From Lama glama (taxonomy: Eukaryota), in assembly GCA_028534125.1 (NCBI GenBank), contig CM052816.1:22384001-22448000 (forward strand): 64,000 nt of DNA, in the 5' to 3' direction. Below, one piece after another: positions 25,385-40,156 of the stretch; the stretch's first letter is position 1, and every line of letters starts with the position of its first letter. The position numbers and the translations under genes were made by a program. Under the pieces are notes generated by a model, which saw only the letters and a program-made list of their open reading frames with translations, was not told the origin of the DNA and searched no databases.

Positions 25385-28300
25385 GTTTGTTAATTGAAGT
25401 ATAGTTGACTTACAATGTTGTGATAGTTTCAGGTGTACAGCAAAGCGATTCAGTTATATATATCTATATACAGATATATTTTTTCAGTTTCTTTTCCATT
25501 ATAGGGTATTAAAAGATACTGAATATTGTTCCCTGTGCTATATAGTAGGTACCTGTTGTTTATCTATTTTATATGTGGTAGTGTGTATCTGTTAATTCCA
25601 TACTCCTGGAGCTCATGTCCATCCACTACTGGGCAGAGCTGAGGTCTCTGGTTGTAGGGCTCTGGGGAGGTTGTAGGGCTCCCAAGCCTGATGCTGGCTG
25701 TTGGTGGGTAGGCTAGGTTCTAACGTGGTAGGTTGCGACACTGCAGTGGTCCTGGCACTGGTGTCAGCCTATTAGTGGGCAGGGCTGAGTCCCAGGGTCT
25801 CTGGCTACAGGGCCAGAGGGTCTCAGAGCTGGTGTCTGCCCACTGGTGGGCACGGTCAGGTCCCAGGGCAGCTGGGCCAGCACTAGCCCTGGGACTCCGT
25901 GGGCCCCGGCCCTGCCCATAGGCAGGTTTAAACTAGCTGAGACACCTTGAAGCCCTATGCCAGCCACCGCTGGGATTAAGCCTTACTCACCAGCAGGCTA
26001 ACACCAGCTTTGGGACACCCAAGACCTTGCAGCCAGCCATGTCAGGAACCTGCCCTACCTACCAGCAGGCTAACTCTAGATCCAGGACCCCTAACCCTGC
26101 CACTACTCACTCCAGAACCTGGCTCTACTTACCAGTGGGCCAGCACTAGCCCTGGAACCCCCCCAAGGCTCTGCAGCCAGCCACCTTATGACCGAGCTCA
26201 AGCCAAAAATCTATAATAGATACACACACAAAAGAGAAAGGAATTCAAAAGGAAGGTCACCAAATCACAAGAGAAGAGAGCAAAAGAAGAAGAAAGGAAT
26301 AAAAAAGAAATATAAAAATAACCCCTAAACAATGAGCAAAGGAGAAATAAGTATGTACCTATCAATAATTCCTTTAAATGTAAAGGAACTAAGTGCTGCA
26401 ATCAAAGACAGAGAGAGGCTGGATGATACAAAAACAAGACCCACACATATGCTGCTTCCCACAGACTCGCTTCAGACTGGAAGTTACGGGAAAGAAAAAG
26501 GTTTTCCGTGCAATTGGAAATGAGAAGTTGGGGTAGTGATATTTCTATAGACTTTAAAACAAGGACTGTAACAAGAGACAAAGAAGGGCACGACGTAATG
26601 ATCAAGGGTTGATCCAAGAAGAAGATACAGCAATTGTAAATACGTATACTCAACAAAGTAGCACCTAAATACATAATGCAAATATTAACAGACATAAAGG
26701 GAGAAATTGACAGTAACGCAATAATAGTAGGGGACTTCAACACCTCACTTACATCAATAGACAGGTTATCTAGACAGAAAAATCGATGAGGCCTTAAATG
26801 AGGTATTGCATGAGATGAACTTAATGGAGATACATATATACACACACACACATACACATACATACATACATTCTATCCAAAAGCAGCAGCATACACATTC
26901 TTTTAAAGTGCACATGGAACATTCTCCAGGACAGATCATACACTAGACCACAAAACAAGTCTCACTAACTTTAAGAAGATTGAAATCGTATCAAGTATCT
27001 TTTCCAACCACAACACAACTACAAGAAAAAACCTGTAAAAAAAAGCACTAACATGTGGAGGCTAAACAATATGCTACTAAACAACCAATATGTTACTGAA
27101 AAAAAAATAAAAGAAGAAATAAAAAATACCCGGGGAAAAATGAAAATGAAAATAATGATCCAAAATTTATGGGATGCAGCAAAAGCAGTTCTAAGAGGGA
27201 AGTTTATAGCAATACAAGTCTACTCCAGGAAACAAGAAAAATCTCAAGCAACCTAATCTTACACCTTAAGGAACTAGAAAAAGAGGAACAAAATCCAAAG
27301 TTAGCAGAAAGAAAGAAATCATAAATAAAATAAGACTAAAATCATAAATGAAATAGAAACTAAAAAACAAAACAAAACAAAACATAGAAAAGATCAAGAA
27401 AAGAGACCCTGGTGCACTGATGGTGAGAATATAAACTGGTGCAGCCACTATGGAAAATAATATGGAGATTCCTCAAAAAATTATAAGTAGAACTACAATA
27501 TGATCCAGCAATTCCATTCTTGGGTATTTCTCTGAAGAAAACAAAGACACTAATTTGAAAAGATATAGACAGTCCTATGTTCACTGCAGCATTATTTACA
27601 ATAGACAAGATATGGAAGCAACCCAAGTGCCACTGATAAGTGAATGGATAAAGGGGATGTAGTATACATACACAATAGAATATTACTCAGCCATAAAAAG
27701 AATAAAATCTTGCCATTTGCGACAACATGGATGGACCTAGAGTATATTATGCTAAATGAAATAAGTCAGAGAAAGACAAATAGTGTCTGATTTTACTTAT
27801 GTATGGAATCTAAAAAAAAAAACCCAAATGAACAAATATAACAAAACAGAAAAAGAGTTACAGATACAAAGAACATTCAGGTGGTTGCCAAAGGAAAGTA
27901 GGGGCGGGGACACAGAAAGAAATAGGTGCGGGAGATTAAGGGATACAAACTTCCAGAGGTAAAGTAAATGAGTCAGAGGTATGAAATGTACAGGGTGAGT
28001 AATACAGTCAATAACTATGCAGTATCTTTCTATGGTGACAGATAGTAACTAGACTTTCTGTGGTGATGATCTTGAAATGTATAGAAGTATTAAATTATTA
28101 TGCTGTGTAACAGGAATTAACATAGTGCTATATAGGTCAATATACTTCAAAAACAAACGCATAGAGAAAGAGATCCATTTGTGGTTAGCAGGTGTCAGGG
28201 AGGGGAGGGGAAATGCATGAAGGCAGTCAAAAGGTACAAACTTCCAGTTATAAGATAGTTACTAGGGAAGTGATGATAAATGATATGATAAATATAATTA

Positions 28301-29485
28301 GAACTACTGTATGTTATATATGAAAGTTGTTAAGAATGTGAATTGTAATTTTTGTCATCACAAGAAAAATTTTTTCCTATTTCTTTCATTTTGTACCTAT
28401 ATAAGATGATAAATGTTCACTAAACTTTCATTTCATGATGTATTTAAGTCAAATCATTACTCTGTATACCTTAAACTTATGCAGTGCATATGTTAACTAT
28501 ATCTCAATAAAACTGAAAGAAAAAAGAGAGAACAAAAAGTGGTGAAGGCTTTTCCAAAAATTACTAAAAATATGCCAAGAGTTGGTATCAGTCCTTTGTA
28601 TATCAATCCTTTCATTCTTCTGTAAAGCAAACTATTTGAGGGCACCAGCTGCTGATAGTAATTGCTTCTTTTTAAAAAATCAACAGTATTTCAATTAAAA
28701 AGCAAACAACTCATTTAAAATATGGGCAGAAGGACTGAATATTTTTCCAAAAGAAGAAATGCAGATGGCCAACAGGAACATGAAAAGCTGCTTAACATCA
28801 TCACTATCAGGGAAATGCAAATCAAAATCACAACGAGACATCATCTTACACCTGTCAGAATGGCCATCATCAAAAAGAACACAAATAACAATTGTTGGTC
28901 AGGATGTGGAGAAAAGGGAACCTTTGTACATTGTTGGCGGGAGTGTAAATTGGGGCAGCCACTATGGAAAACAACATGGAGGTTTCTCAAAACCCCCAAA
29001 ACAGAACCGCCATATGGCCCAGGAATTCCATTCCTGCGCATATACCTGAGAAAAACAAACATTAATTCAAAAAGATACATACACCCTGCTATTAACAGTG
29101 GCACTATTTACAATTGTCAAGACACGGAAGCATCCCAAGTGTACATCAACAGATGACTGGATAAAGAAGATGTAGCAAGCACACACATGCAATGGAATAG
29201 AACTCGCCCGTAAGAAGGATATTTTGCCATTTGCAGCCCTTCATTCACTTTTTTTTGCACTTCAAAATCAGAATTTGATAACTGAAATAAACATGTCCAT
29301 TGCATCAAAGACAACAAAATATCTAGAAATAAACTTAAACAAGCAGGTTATCTATACTCTGAAAACTATAAAACACTGATGAAGGAAATTGAAGGTGATA
29401 CAAAGAAATGGAGAGATATCATGTGTTCTCGGATTGGAAGAATCAACATTATCAAAGTGGCCATACTATCCAAAGCAACCCATAG
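25385..29485. mobile_element. LINE-1 cluster: minus piece ~25385-25870; plus-strand 5'UTR repeats, ORF2 endonuclease region and two stacked 3' ends ~25875-28525; further ORF2 pieces 28690-29485
   Basis: ORF2-like translations ([52 protein letters not shown]), all disrupted. Confidence 0.9.
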
Positions 29486-29896
29486 GTGGAAAATTCTTAT
29501 TTTCAGTCAGTTAAGAGCTTTCCTCTCTCATCCCTGGGGTCACCCCAAATTTCAGCAAGGTCTTATATATTGTCATGACAGCAGGTGGGGCCATCCAGTC
29601 TTTGTCATTGACCTCTACAAGGTACCTGAGACTTTCATTATTTCACTTAGTCCTTTATTCACTGATCCCTGTAGGCTGACATTTTGTAATAATGATGACC
29701 ATGATTGTAATAGTAATTATGATAGTTTCATGATAGCATTAATAGCATTCACTATTTATTTAGTGCCTCATGTGAGACAGGCACTGTAATGTATGTATTA
29801 AATATACTATTGAAAAAACCCAAACAACTTTGTGCACATCTATTACATTCTGCAGCATTTGCTCAGAGCTTTATATATGCAATGGACATTTGTAAT

Positions 29897-31080
29897 TATT
29901 AATGTCCAGCACTGAACCCTCCTTGAATTTAAGGGATTCCTTGTCTCCCAGAAGAGAAATTTAAATGAATAGACACCCAGTATTCTAGCTCCTCAGCCAG
30001 ATGGGATGTAGGCCCTTGACTTAGGCTCTTGCCAATCAGATGGGCTCATCTGGGATTTTGAATTTGAAACTAATGACACAAAGAAAGAAGCACACTAGAG
30101 ATTTCTTTCTGGTGTCAGTGGCAGCAGCATCCAGTTGGCAGGCACAATAGTGTCTGTGCTGCCAACTGTTGGATCCAGTATTAAATACCAGGGATGACAC
30201 CAGTTCACCCTGCAGTTCCTGTGTTCAGTGGCAGCAGCAGCAATGCTGTAACAGACTAGCTTTCTATTTTTGGCTGTAGTTTTATCTGCATAGCTTCTCT
30301 TGATTTTTGCCTGTTTTCCCAGTTATTCTGTGAGCCAGCCATTAAAGAATGGAATTTCAAGAAATTAAATGCTGGGGAGATGTTTACCATGGATGGTTGT
30401 AGACATAGATCCTCAGGGAAAGGTGAGGTGGTGTAGGGTAGTGGAGAGCTGAGATTAGTTATTTGGTTTGAGATGAAGACAAGTAGAATCCAGCTAACAT
30501 TAAGGAACTGGATTTTCACAGCCCGTGGTAAATAGTAGCAAAATAGCTAATTAAATCTTCCATGGATCACTTGTACTAAATACGTCAACTGAAAGCAAGA
30601 CTTCGTACTTCTAAGTGCTACTGCCACAGGATCATATGAAGAGTAGGCAGAATTCAGGGACCGTAGAGGTGTTGTGATTGCTTTGAATATTGCTGAACAT
30701 CTTAGAAAGAATGACAAGCTAAGGTTTCTAAATTATTAGTTCAAGTTATCAACTGAAACCCAAGGGCTTTCTATGGCTACGCAATAAAAATCTAAGAAAG
30801 ATTTTTTCAAGATATAAATAAACTCTTGCAGCTGAAGGACTTAAACAGTTATAAGCCAGATACAACATTTGCTCCCCAAGGTTGCCAAATTTATTAATTA
30901 GTTCAATTCATAACCTTGGCTAGTCTCACATGAGGAAGTTAGGATACTGACCAGGAAAGAGTGGTATCTGAATACGTGCGATGAGCTATACTGGAGAATT
31001 TGGCTGACTCAGACCACCCAGAATTTCCTACTAAGCCTCCCTTGCCGCTGAAGCAGACTCTTCTCTTATGTGGAAGCAAG
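29897..31080 (+). mobile_element. ERVL-class LTR (LTR16-like) plus adjacent internal gag remnant
   Basis: LTR16-like ccaatcagatgggctcatctgggattttgaat, followed by degenerate ERVL-internal-like sequence. Confidence 0.55.
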
Positions 31081-31379
31081 TCTTGATGCTCAAAGACAGG
31101 TTCTCAATTACTTCTTTGTCCCTTGCGGCTATTCCTGCCCTCAGCCCTTAAGAAGAGAAGGGAACTCTCTCATGCCTAATCCTTTCCCTTCCATGCAACT
31201 CTTCCATCTCTTTCTCTGCAGCTACATATCAGAAGATCCCAAGAGATCCTAAATGATACATTGGGACCATTCTCAGAACTGTAGAAATAGCATTGCCAGG
31301 AGAAGTTGGCACTTTCTCCTACTGATAGGAATGGATAAAAGCTGGAAACACTCAAGAGTTAATAAACTAAAAGTAAATG

Positions 31380-33150
31380 AAAAGACAAAAAAGCACAGCC
31401 TAAAATCATATGCAGAGAATAAAACGAAATCATAAACACTTAGAAAACATAATTCAAGCTAGTTTTGAACATGGCACACTGACTCTATATCCTTAATACG
31501 ATAAATTCAAAGGACAAGGACAACTCCAGAGAAATCGTAAACTGTATCTAATAGGCTTGTTGGAGTTGTAATTGTGTAACTATTTTTGTGTGTATTGTGC
31601 CACAGAGTAAATGAGTAAATATGTTGGTATGAATGGGAATAAGAGTTTTCATTGTGGAAGAAGGGAGATAAAGATACGGAACAGGGAAAGGTGAGGAAAA
31701 AACCCACTGATAATTTTCTTTTAATCCTAGCTTTGCCCACTATAAAGGCCTAGTAACAGTAAATGCTATATAACACCCAATTCTGGCTTTTAAATACCAT
31801 TATTAACTAAATGGTTCCTTGAAGAAATGGCTGATTCCAGGTGTGGGACAGGCAAAGTACGTTAGCATGGAATATCTTCTTGTGTCTGAAAGCCAGTCAG
31901 TGGGAATGCTTAAAGACTGATGAAGTCATGTCGGAAGGACACAGGAAATGGACAAAGTGCCTCCAGGTAGCCAAATTTGGCACAATTTGAGCATAAGAAT
32001 AATTAATAATGGTTATAAAACATGGAGAAATAAAGCTACAAATGAATATTGATGAGAGAGGCTTTTTAAAAAAGCAAAAGTGCCAACTAATAAATGCAGA
32101 ATAAATAATCAAACAAAAAAATCACCATTTTGCAATTCAATATAGTAAGTGATTCAGGCAAGGATCATCAATATATACTAACACCCCTGGGTGAAAAGCT
32201 CTGGGGAATATGATCTCAAAATGTCACATTGTTGATTTCTAACCTCGGGAGCTCCCCCAGTGAAATTCAAAACTGGCTCCCACACACTGAGGGCAAAGAG
32301 AGACCTAAGAGAGAGACAGAAAACTCCAGATTGGTAAGTGGCACTTTTAATAAACAAAGGAACTTATATACAAGGCCTATCTTGAATGTAAGACCAGTAG
32401 ATCGCGCCATCTGCCCACCAAAATCTTAAAAAGGTTATACAGCCTTAACAGTGGTGTCCAAGGGTGCACCCTTGAAACTGCTGCTGGTATGGGAGCGCTT
32501 GGTGGAATGTACATGTCAAAGACAAGAGAGGAAGCAAGGATCCTCCATGACCAGCTCCATGACCTCCTCGAAAACACTTCCAAATCACTTACTAATTACA
32601 AAAGGAGAAAGTATATATTTACAATGAAGAGATCTGACAGCATATTAAATATGTGAAGAAAATTAGCAGCCCCAGTAGTGATGCAAAAAGCATACAACAA
32701 CATCTAGGTATTATTTTTGCCAGGAATGTTAAATCTGAATCTAATAAGGGGGAAACAGATAAGTCCTCAAATTCAGACTGTGGGATGTTTTATTTAAAAA
32801 TTGGGCTGAACTCTTCTAAGAAGTCAATATCATGAAAAACATCAATACCACAACTACCAACAGCACAAACATTAACAACCACCACAAAAAGGTATGAAAA
32901 CTACTCTAGATTAAAAGATGCCAAAGAGAATTAACATAATGCAATGCACTTGTAATGACTGGATCTTGGATTGAAAAACACTTCTGGGACAATTTGGGGA
33001 ATATGAATATAAACTGTATATTAGATGACATTATTGAATTGTTATAGTTTCCCTATGTGGGTAATTGTGTTGTGATTTTATAGGAGAATATTCTTATTTT
33101 TAGGTGATGCATGAAGCAGCATTTAGGGATAAAGTGAAGTGTAAGGATGT
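31380..33150 (+). mobile_element. L1MC/MD-type 3' region interrupted by a candidate solo LTR (32230-32576)
   Basis: L1MC-like gaagaaatggctgattccagg. The insert has TG...CA ends and a minus-strand ATTAAA. Confidence 0.6.
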
Positions 33151-33159
33151 CTGCAACTT

Positions 33160-36100
33160 ACCCCTTAGCAGCCACTCTCCATTTCTCCCCAAACCCACTG
33201 ACCTCCAGCCCTGGGCAATCAATCTATTTTCTGTCTTTATGAATTCGCCTCTTCTGAACATTTCAAATAAATGGAATCATACAGTATGTGATCTTTTGAG
33301 ACAGCTTCTTTAGTTTAGCCTCCATGTTGTAGTGTATATCAGTACTTCATTCCTTTTCATTGGTATATAATATTCCATTATTAGGATACATCACATTTTG
33401 TTTATCCATTCATCAGGTGATGGACATTTGGGTTGTTTCCATCTTTTGCTATTACGAATAATGTTGCTATGAACATTTGAAGACAACTATATTTTCTTTC
33501 TTTTAGGAATATACCTAGGAGTTGAACTGGTTATATGGTTACCAAATTGGTTATATAGTTAGTCTATGTGTAACCTTCTGAGAAAGTGCCAAACTGTTTT
33601 CGAAAGTGGCTGAACCATTTTCCAATTCCGTTAGCAGTGTATGAGGGATCCAACTTCCCTACATCCTGGCCAACACTGCTTTTTTTTTTTTTTTTTTAAA
33701 CTACAGTCACCTTTGTGAATGTGAAGTGATACCTCATGGTTTTGATTCACATTTCCCTGATGGTTAATGAAAAGATAATAAATATCTTTTCATGAGCTTA
33801 TTGATCATTTATATATCTCCTTTGGAGAAATGTCTATTCAGGTCATTTTCCCATCTAAAAAACTGGATTTTTTTTTGTTTTGAGTTGTAAGAGCTCTTTA
33901 TATATTCTGTATACTAGACCCTTTTAAGATCCAAGAATTGCAAACATTTTCTTTCATTCTCTGAGTTGTCTTTTCTCTTTCTTCATGGTATTCTTTGAAG
34001 CACACATATTAAAAATTTTTTAAAAACTGCAGTATACTTGCTGTTCAACATTTTATAAGTTACAGGTGTACAATATAGTGATTCACAAATTTTTAGTTAT
34101 TCTTTTATAGTTATTATAAAATATTGGCCATATTCCTCATATTGTACAATATATTTTATACCTAAGAATTTGTACCTCCTACCTCCCTCCTCTTATATTG
34201 CCCCTCCCCCTTCCTTCTCTGCACTCGTTCTCTATTTCTGTGAGTCTTGATGCACACATTTTTAATTTTGATGACGGCCAATTTACTTTTCCTTTGTTGC
34301 TTATATTTTTGGTGTCATATCTAAGAAATCATTGCCTAATCAAGGTCACAAAGTTTTACACCTTTTTTCCTCCTGAGTTTTGTAGTTTAAGCTCTTATAT
34401 TTAGGTCTTCGATCCATTTTAAGTTTTTAAATATAGTATTAAGTTTTACTTCATTGTTTTGTATACGGCTATCCAGTTGTCCTAGTACCATTTGTTGAAA
34501 AGATCATTCTTTCTCTCATTTAATTTTCTTGGAACCCTCATTAAAAATCAGCTGACTATAAATGTGAGCATTCATTTCTGGGCTTTCAATTCTATTTCAT
34601 TGATCTGTATGTTTATCCTTATGTACCACACTGTGGTACTTATTATTATGGTAGCTTTGTAGTTAAGTTTTTAAATTGGGAAGTGTGAGACTTCCAATGT
34701 CCTTTTTCAATATTCTTTTGGTTATTTTTGGACCCTTGCATTTGTATGTGGTTTTTAAAAACAGACTTCTATTTTTCAGAGCAGCTTTAGGTTCACAGCA
34801 AAATTGAATGGAAAGTGAGAGAGTTCCTATGTATCTCCTTCCCTCACTATCAATATTCCAAACTAGAGTGGTACATTTGTTACAATCAGTGAACCTTCAC
34901 TGACACATCATTATCACTCAAAGCCCACAGTTTACATTAGGTTTCACTATTTGGTGTTGTATATTCTGTGGGTTTGGGCAAATGCATAATGACATATGTC
35001 TACCATTATGATATCATACAGAATAGTTTCACTCCCCTAAAAATCATCTGTGCTCTGTCTTTTCATCCCTTCCCTTCCACTAACCACTGCTCTTCTGGCA
35101 ATCACTGATCTTTTTATTGTCTCCATACTTTTGTCTTTTCTAGAAAGTCATATAGCTGGAATTGTGTAGTATGTAGCCTTTTCAGATTGGTTTCTTTCAC
35201 TTAGTTCTAAGTATTTAAAGTTCCTCCATGTCTTTTCATAACTTGATAGTTCATTTCTTTTTATCACTGAATAATATTCCATTGAATGGATATACCACAG
35301 TTTGTCTATTTATCCACCTACAGAAGGACATCTTGGTTGCTTAAAGTTTTGGCAATTATGAATAAAGGTGCTAGTAACATTTGAGAGGACATAAGTTTTT
35401 ATCTCCTTTGGGTAAATATCAAGAAGCAGAATTGCTGGATTATGTGGCAAAAGTATGTTTAGTTTTCTAAGAAACTGCCCAACTGTTTTTCAAAGTGGTA
35501 ATACCATTTTGTATTCCCATCAGCAAGGAATGAGAGTTCCTATTGCTCCACCTCCTTACTAGTATTTGGTATAGTCAAGGTTTGGGGTTTGGGGCATTCT
35601 AATAAGCATTTAAGTTGTATCTCAGTGTTATTTTAATTTGCATTTCCCTAATGGCATATGATTTTGAGCATCACCTCATATACTTATTTACCATCTGTAT
35701 ATCTTCTGTGGTGAGATGTCTTTTCAGGCCTCTTGCACATTTTTAAATTAGATTGTATGTTTTCTTATTGTTGAGGTTTGAGTTCTTTGTATATTTTGGG
35801 TAACATTTCTTTATCAGATATGTCTTTTACAAATATTTCTTGTAAAAACTGAATACTTCTTAGAATTTTGACTGAGGTTGAACTGACTTGTCTAGAACAA
35901 GTTGGGAAGAACTGATGTCTTGATGATATTGAGTCTTCCGATCCATCAACGTGGAATGTCTTTACATTTATTTAGTTGATTTCTTTCATTAGAGTTTTGT
36001 AGCTTTCCTCATACAGATATTATACATATTTAGTTAGATTCATACTTAAGTATTTCATTTTGGGGGGCACTAATGTAAATGGTAGTGGTTTTTTATTTCA

Positions 36101-37600
36101 AATTCCATTTTTATCCTGCAACTTTGCTATAATGATTTATTAGTTCCAGGAGGTATTTTAAAAAAAATTCATTCTTTTTAGAAAATCACATCATCATAGA
36201 ACATAGAAAATCACATCATCTGTGAATCAAATCACATCATCATAGAACATAGAAAATCACATCATCTGTGAACAAAGATTGTTTTATTTCCATCTTTCCA
36301 ATCTGTATACATTTCATGTCTTTTTCTTGTTTTGTTAGGTAGGACTTCCAGTATAAGTTGAAAAGGAGTGGTGAGAAGGGACATCCTTGCCTTGTTCCTT
36401 ATCTTAGCAGCAAAGTACCCAGTTCCTCACCTTTAAGGATGATTTTGCTGTAGGGCTTTTGTAGATGTTCTTTATTAAGTTGAGAATGTTCCTCTCTATT
36501 TCTAGTTTGCTGAAAGTTTTTATCACGAATGGGTGCTCAATTTTATGAAATGCTTTTTCTCCATCTACTAATATAATCATGTGTTTTTTAGCCTGTTGAT
36601 TCAATGGATTACATTAATTGATTTTTCAGCTGTTGAACCAGCTTTGCATATATGGGGTAAATTCAACTTGGTTATAGTGTATAGTTTTTTTTTTATATAC
36701 ATTTTTGGGATTCATTTTGCTAATATTTGGTTGAGGATTTTTGCATCTAAGTTCATGAGAGATATTGGCCTGTATTTTTTTCTTCTTGTAATGTCTTTGT
36801 CAGGTTTTGGTATTAGGGTAATGATGGCCTCATAGAAAGAGTTAAAAAGCATTCCTTCTACTCTGTCCTCTGAAAGAGGCTGTAGAGAATGGTATTTCTT
36901 CCTTAAATGTTTGGTAAAATTAGCCAGCGAACCCTTCTGGGCCTAGCGTTTTCTTTTTTGACAGGTTATTAATTACTGATTCAATTTCTTTAATAGATGT
37001 AGGCCTACTCAGATTGACTGTTTCTTCCTGTGTGACATTTGGCGGACTGTGTCTTTCAAATGATTGGTTCATTCCATCTGGGTTACCAAATTTGTGATCA
37101 CAGAGTTCTTCATAGTAGTTCTTTATGATTCCTTTGATATCCACGTGGTCTGTAGTGATGTCCCTTCTTTCATTCCTGGTATTAAGTTGTGCTCTCTCTC
37201 TTCTTACTTCGCTGGGCTAGCAGCTTTTTGGTTTAAAGGATCTTTTCAAAGAAACAGCTTTCCCTTCCTTGATGTTCAGTTTTCAATTTTATTGATTTCT
37301 TCCCTAATTTTTATTATTTCATTACTTCTGCTGACTTTGAGTTTTCTCTTCTTTTTCCTAGTTTAAGGTGGAAGCTTCGATTATTGCTTTTTTAATCTTT
37401 CTCTTCCAATATATGCATTCGATGTTACCAGTTTCCCTCAAAGCACTGCTTTTGCTATATCCCCCGAATTGTGATACTGTATTCATTTTCACTTAGTTCA
37501 AATATTTTAAAATTTTTCTTGAGAGTTCTTCTTTGATCTATATATGTCCATATGAATTTTTGAAACAGCTTGTCAATTTCTGCAAAGAAGTCAGAATTTT
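33160..37600 (-). mobile_element. Nested antisense LINE-1 fragments (several 3' ends and an ORF2 RT-region piece)
   Basis: Minus-strand translations such as KKHMIILVDGEKAFHKIEHPFVIKT and [22 protein letters not shown]. Confidence 0.9.
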
Positions 37601-40156
37601 TATTCTTCAATAAGAACAAATGACTTCAAATGACTAAAAGTACTTTGAAACCAATGTAATAGCAGTTAAGGTCTGTAATATTTTTCTTTTTTATCTTCAT
37701 TCTTGCTCTGGATATGCCACTTTAGAACAGGAATAATTGCTAAATGATTCACAATTCTTCCCAGTATTTTTGACAACATATTACAAAAGACATTCTGTCA
37801 CTATTCTCTTATTTCTTCTTTATATGATGTATATGTCCTGCTGTGAACAGTATCAGAAACTCCTGAAAATGAAACAGCCCAAAGGCCATCACTAGCTATG
37901 AGAGTGATAAGAATCTTACTCTTGAGAGCAACACTTTATCCTTTTAAAATTGCATTTTATCACATCACATCATATTTGACCACAAAGTACAGGTTGGGTT
38001 CAGGAGAACACTAAACTTTTGGTAGACTGCATTCTGCCATTCAATAAAACTTATGGAGTACATTTTTGTTATTAAAGAAAATAAATTAGGTTCCACTTCA
38101 AGAGGTCTTTCTCAGTTTTTGTTAATGCTGTGAATTTTTTTTAATCTGCTATAATAAAAAGGAATTGCATTGATTTTTTCTAAAGTTCAGGAAATGTCTC
38201 ATTCAATTTTTTGTTTGCTATTAACTGTGGCTAGGTGGAAGACAGAGGAATGAATTAGCTTGCTGTTCAAAATAATTGAGCAAGTTCTGCACATAGCATA
38301 TATTTTATTCCATTGAATATGGCCATAAATGATTCAGGGAAAGAAGACAGTTATCAGAGAAAGCTCATGTTTGCTAAATGAAGGATATAATCCTTCCTAA
38401 GACTGAAATACTGTATTTCAAGATTCAGCTATTTGTTGTGTTTAGGATTCTATAATAGCTTTTGTTATCTACTCTTTGGAAATTGTAAGGAATAGCATTT
38501 CCCTTTGGAAAGTATGCATTACTTCATATTGGGTTTCCCAAAGGACCCTAAATAAATAGCACCCCTCTTCCTCGCCTGAGTTTTGGACAAACTGAGAAAC
38601 TAAAGCAAAGAGTAATTATAGAGAAGGCCAACATTTTGATTACATCATTATTATTGTTAGCAATGAGGCCTGAGGATGTGGCTCTAGGCCTGTAACCATG
38701 TGTTCTTGCTAATACTTAACCCAGAATTAAAACAGATTTAACTCCACAAGGGTAAATGGGGTAGCAGGGGATGTGAGCTTCTTGAGGGCAGTTTGCTTGT
38801 AAGAGGAAAAATGACAGAGCTGAGAACGTGTATTTGTGGCTATTCCTCACAGATTTACCAATCAGATCAATCACTCAACTCACCTTGGGATGGAGAAAGA
38901 AAATGGAAAGAGCGAGCTTAGGAAAAAGCCCTCCTGAGAGAAGCCAGGAGTAGAAGAAAGTCATTCCATTCCTACATTCCTCAGCTTTTTGTTCTTTAAA
39001 TCCACTGATTTAGCTAATAAGCCTATGGTCAACCACAGGCTGTTCTCAGTGTTGTCCCCCCATCATAAAAAACTGTTCCTTCCAAACCAACCGCTTCTCT
39101 TTTGGGCATCATTCTTGGTGGCAATGTAGATTTTAGTGGCTTGTGGGAGTATACATTTTGACCCCAGAAGGCTAGGAAACGGGTAAAAAAAAAATACACT
39201 TACCAGTTAACACTAAAGATTCTCCATTTCAAAGACTGAAAATTAATTTCCCTTCCATGCCAAACTTCTCTCATCCTCTCACACAAGCACCAGACTTCAC
39301 TGCTAAACCAATGTGAATCCCGAGGACACCTGGATCACAGGCTGCTGGTAGAGGCTTAACAACCAGCTGAGGATTGTTAGGGGAAGCCCTCATTTGTAGA
39401 GTTTGCTGATTTTCGTATGAATATGCCCACCAGGGCTGATTTCAATTACATTGCCCAACATAGCATATCAGAGGTTCCGCGTAAGACAGAATGAAAATAT
39501 TAAGGCACTCTAATAGTATAAACTGTAAAAATATACAACTATATCTAATGTGAATATAAATCTTTTCTCATTATCAAATCCCAAGGAGAAATGAAAGTCT
39601 AAAGATGATTTTTTAAAATAAATTTGAGCCCAGAGACAATTAGCTACAAAGGAATTAAAATCCGAAGTCAAAATTTCTTGCTGTTGTGACGAAGTCCAAA
39701 GTCTAAAATTGTTTATGCCCAAAACCCATTCTCTCGTCTTTCTACACCTACTTGGTTTCAGCCAGCGACTGGATGCCCAAAGGGGCCTGGGGGTTCCTTC
39801 CACAGCTGTAGTTTCACCCAGCTCTCATGGAAGGAGTATACTTTCTCCAAATTTCAGAAATAATACCTGTTCAGAGCCAAGTTTCTCCTGAACCTCCCAT
39901 TTTAAAAAGTTCAAAGTGACCACAGGCCCTACCAGAGCCACAAACTTAGGGGGAAAAAGTCCCTACCGCAAGAGCGGGAAATGGAGGAAAGCCAGACAAC
40001 ACTGCTTCAGCCCCAAGGAACTCAGGCGACAGGGAGTGGATGAGCTCTGGGGTAGGGCGCTCCGAGCAGGAGGAAACTCACATCCAAGAAAACCCACAGT
40101 CAACCACCCCTCACCTCTCAATCAGCCCCACAGGTCGGGTTCTTCTCCTTGCCTCT

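Noticed and set aside
28722..29156. 144-aa ORF and other L1-like ORFs (27053, 29379, 36404, 36920, 52483)
   Set aside because: Fragments or antisense frames of disrupted L1 ORF2.
36183..36272. CRISPR-like repeat array
   Set aside because: Eukaryotic context, no unique spacers and no cas genes; it is a simple tandem duplication.
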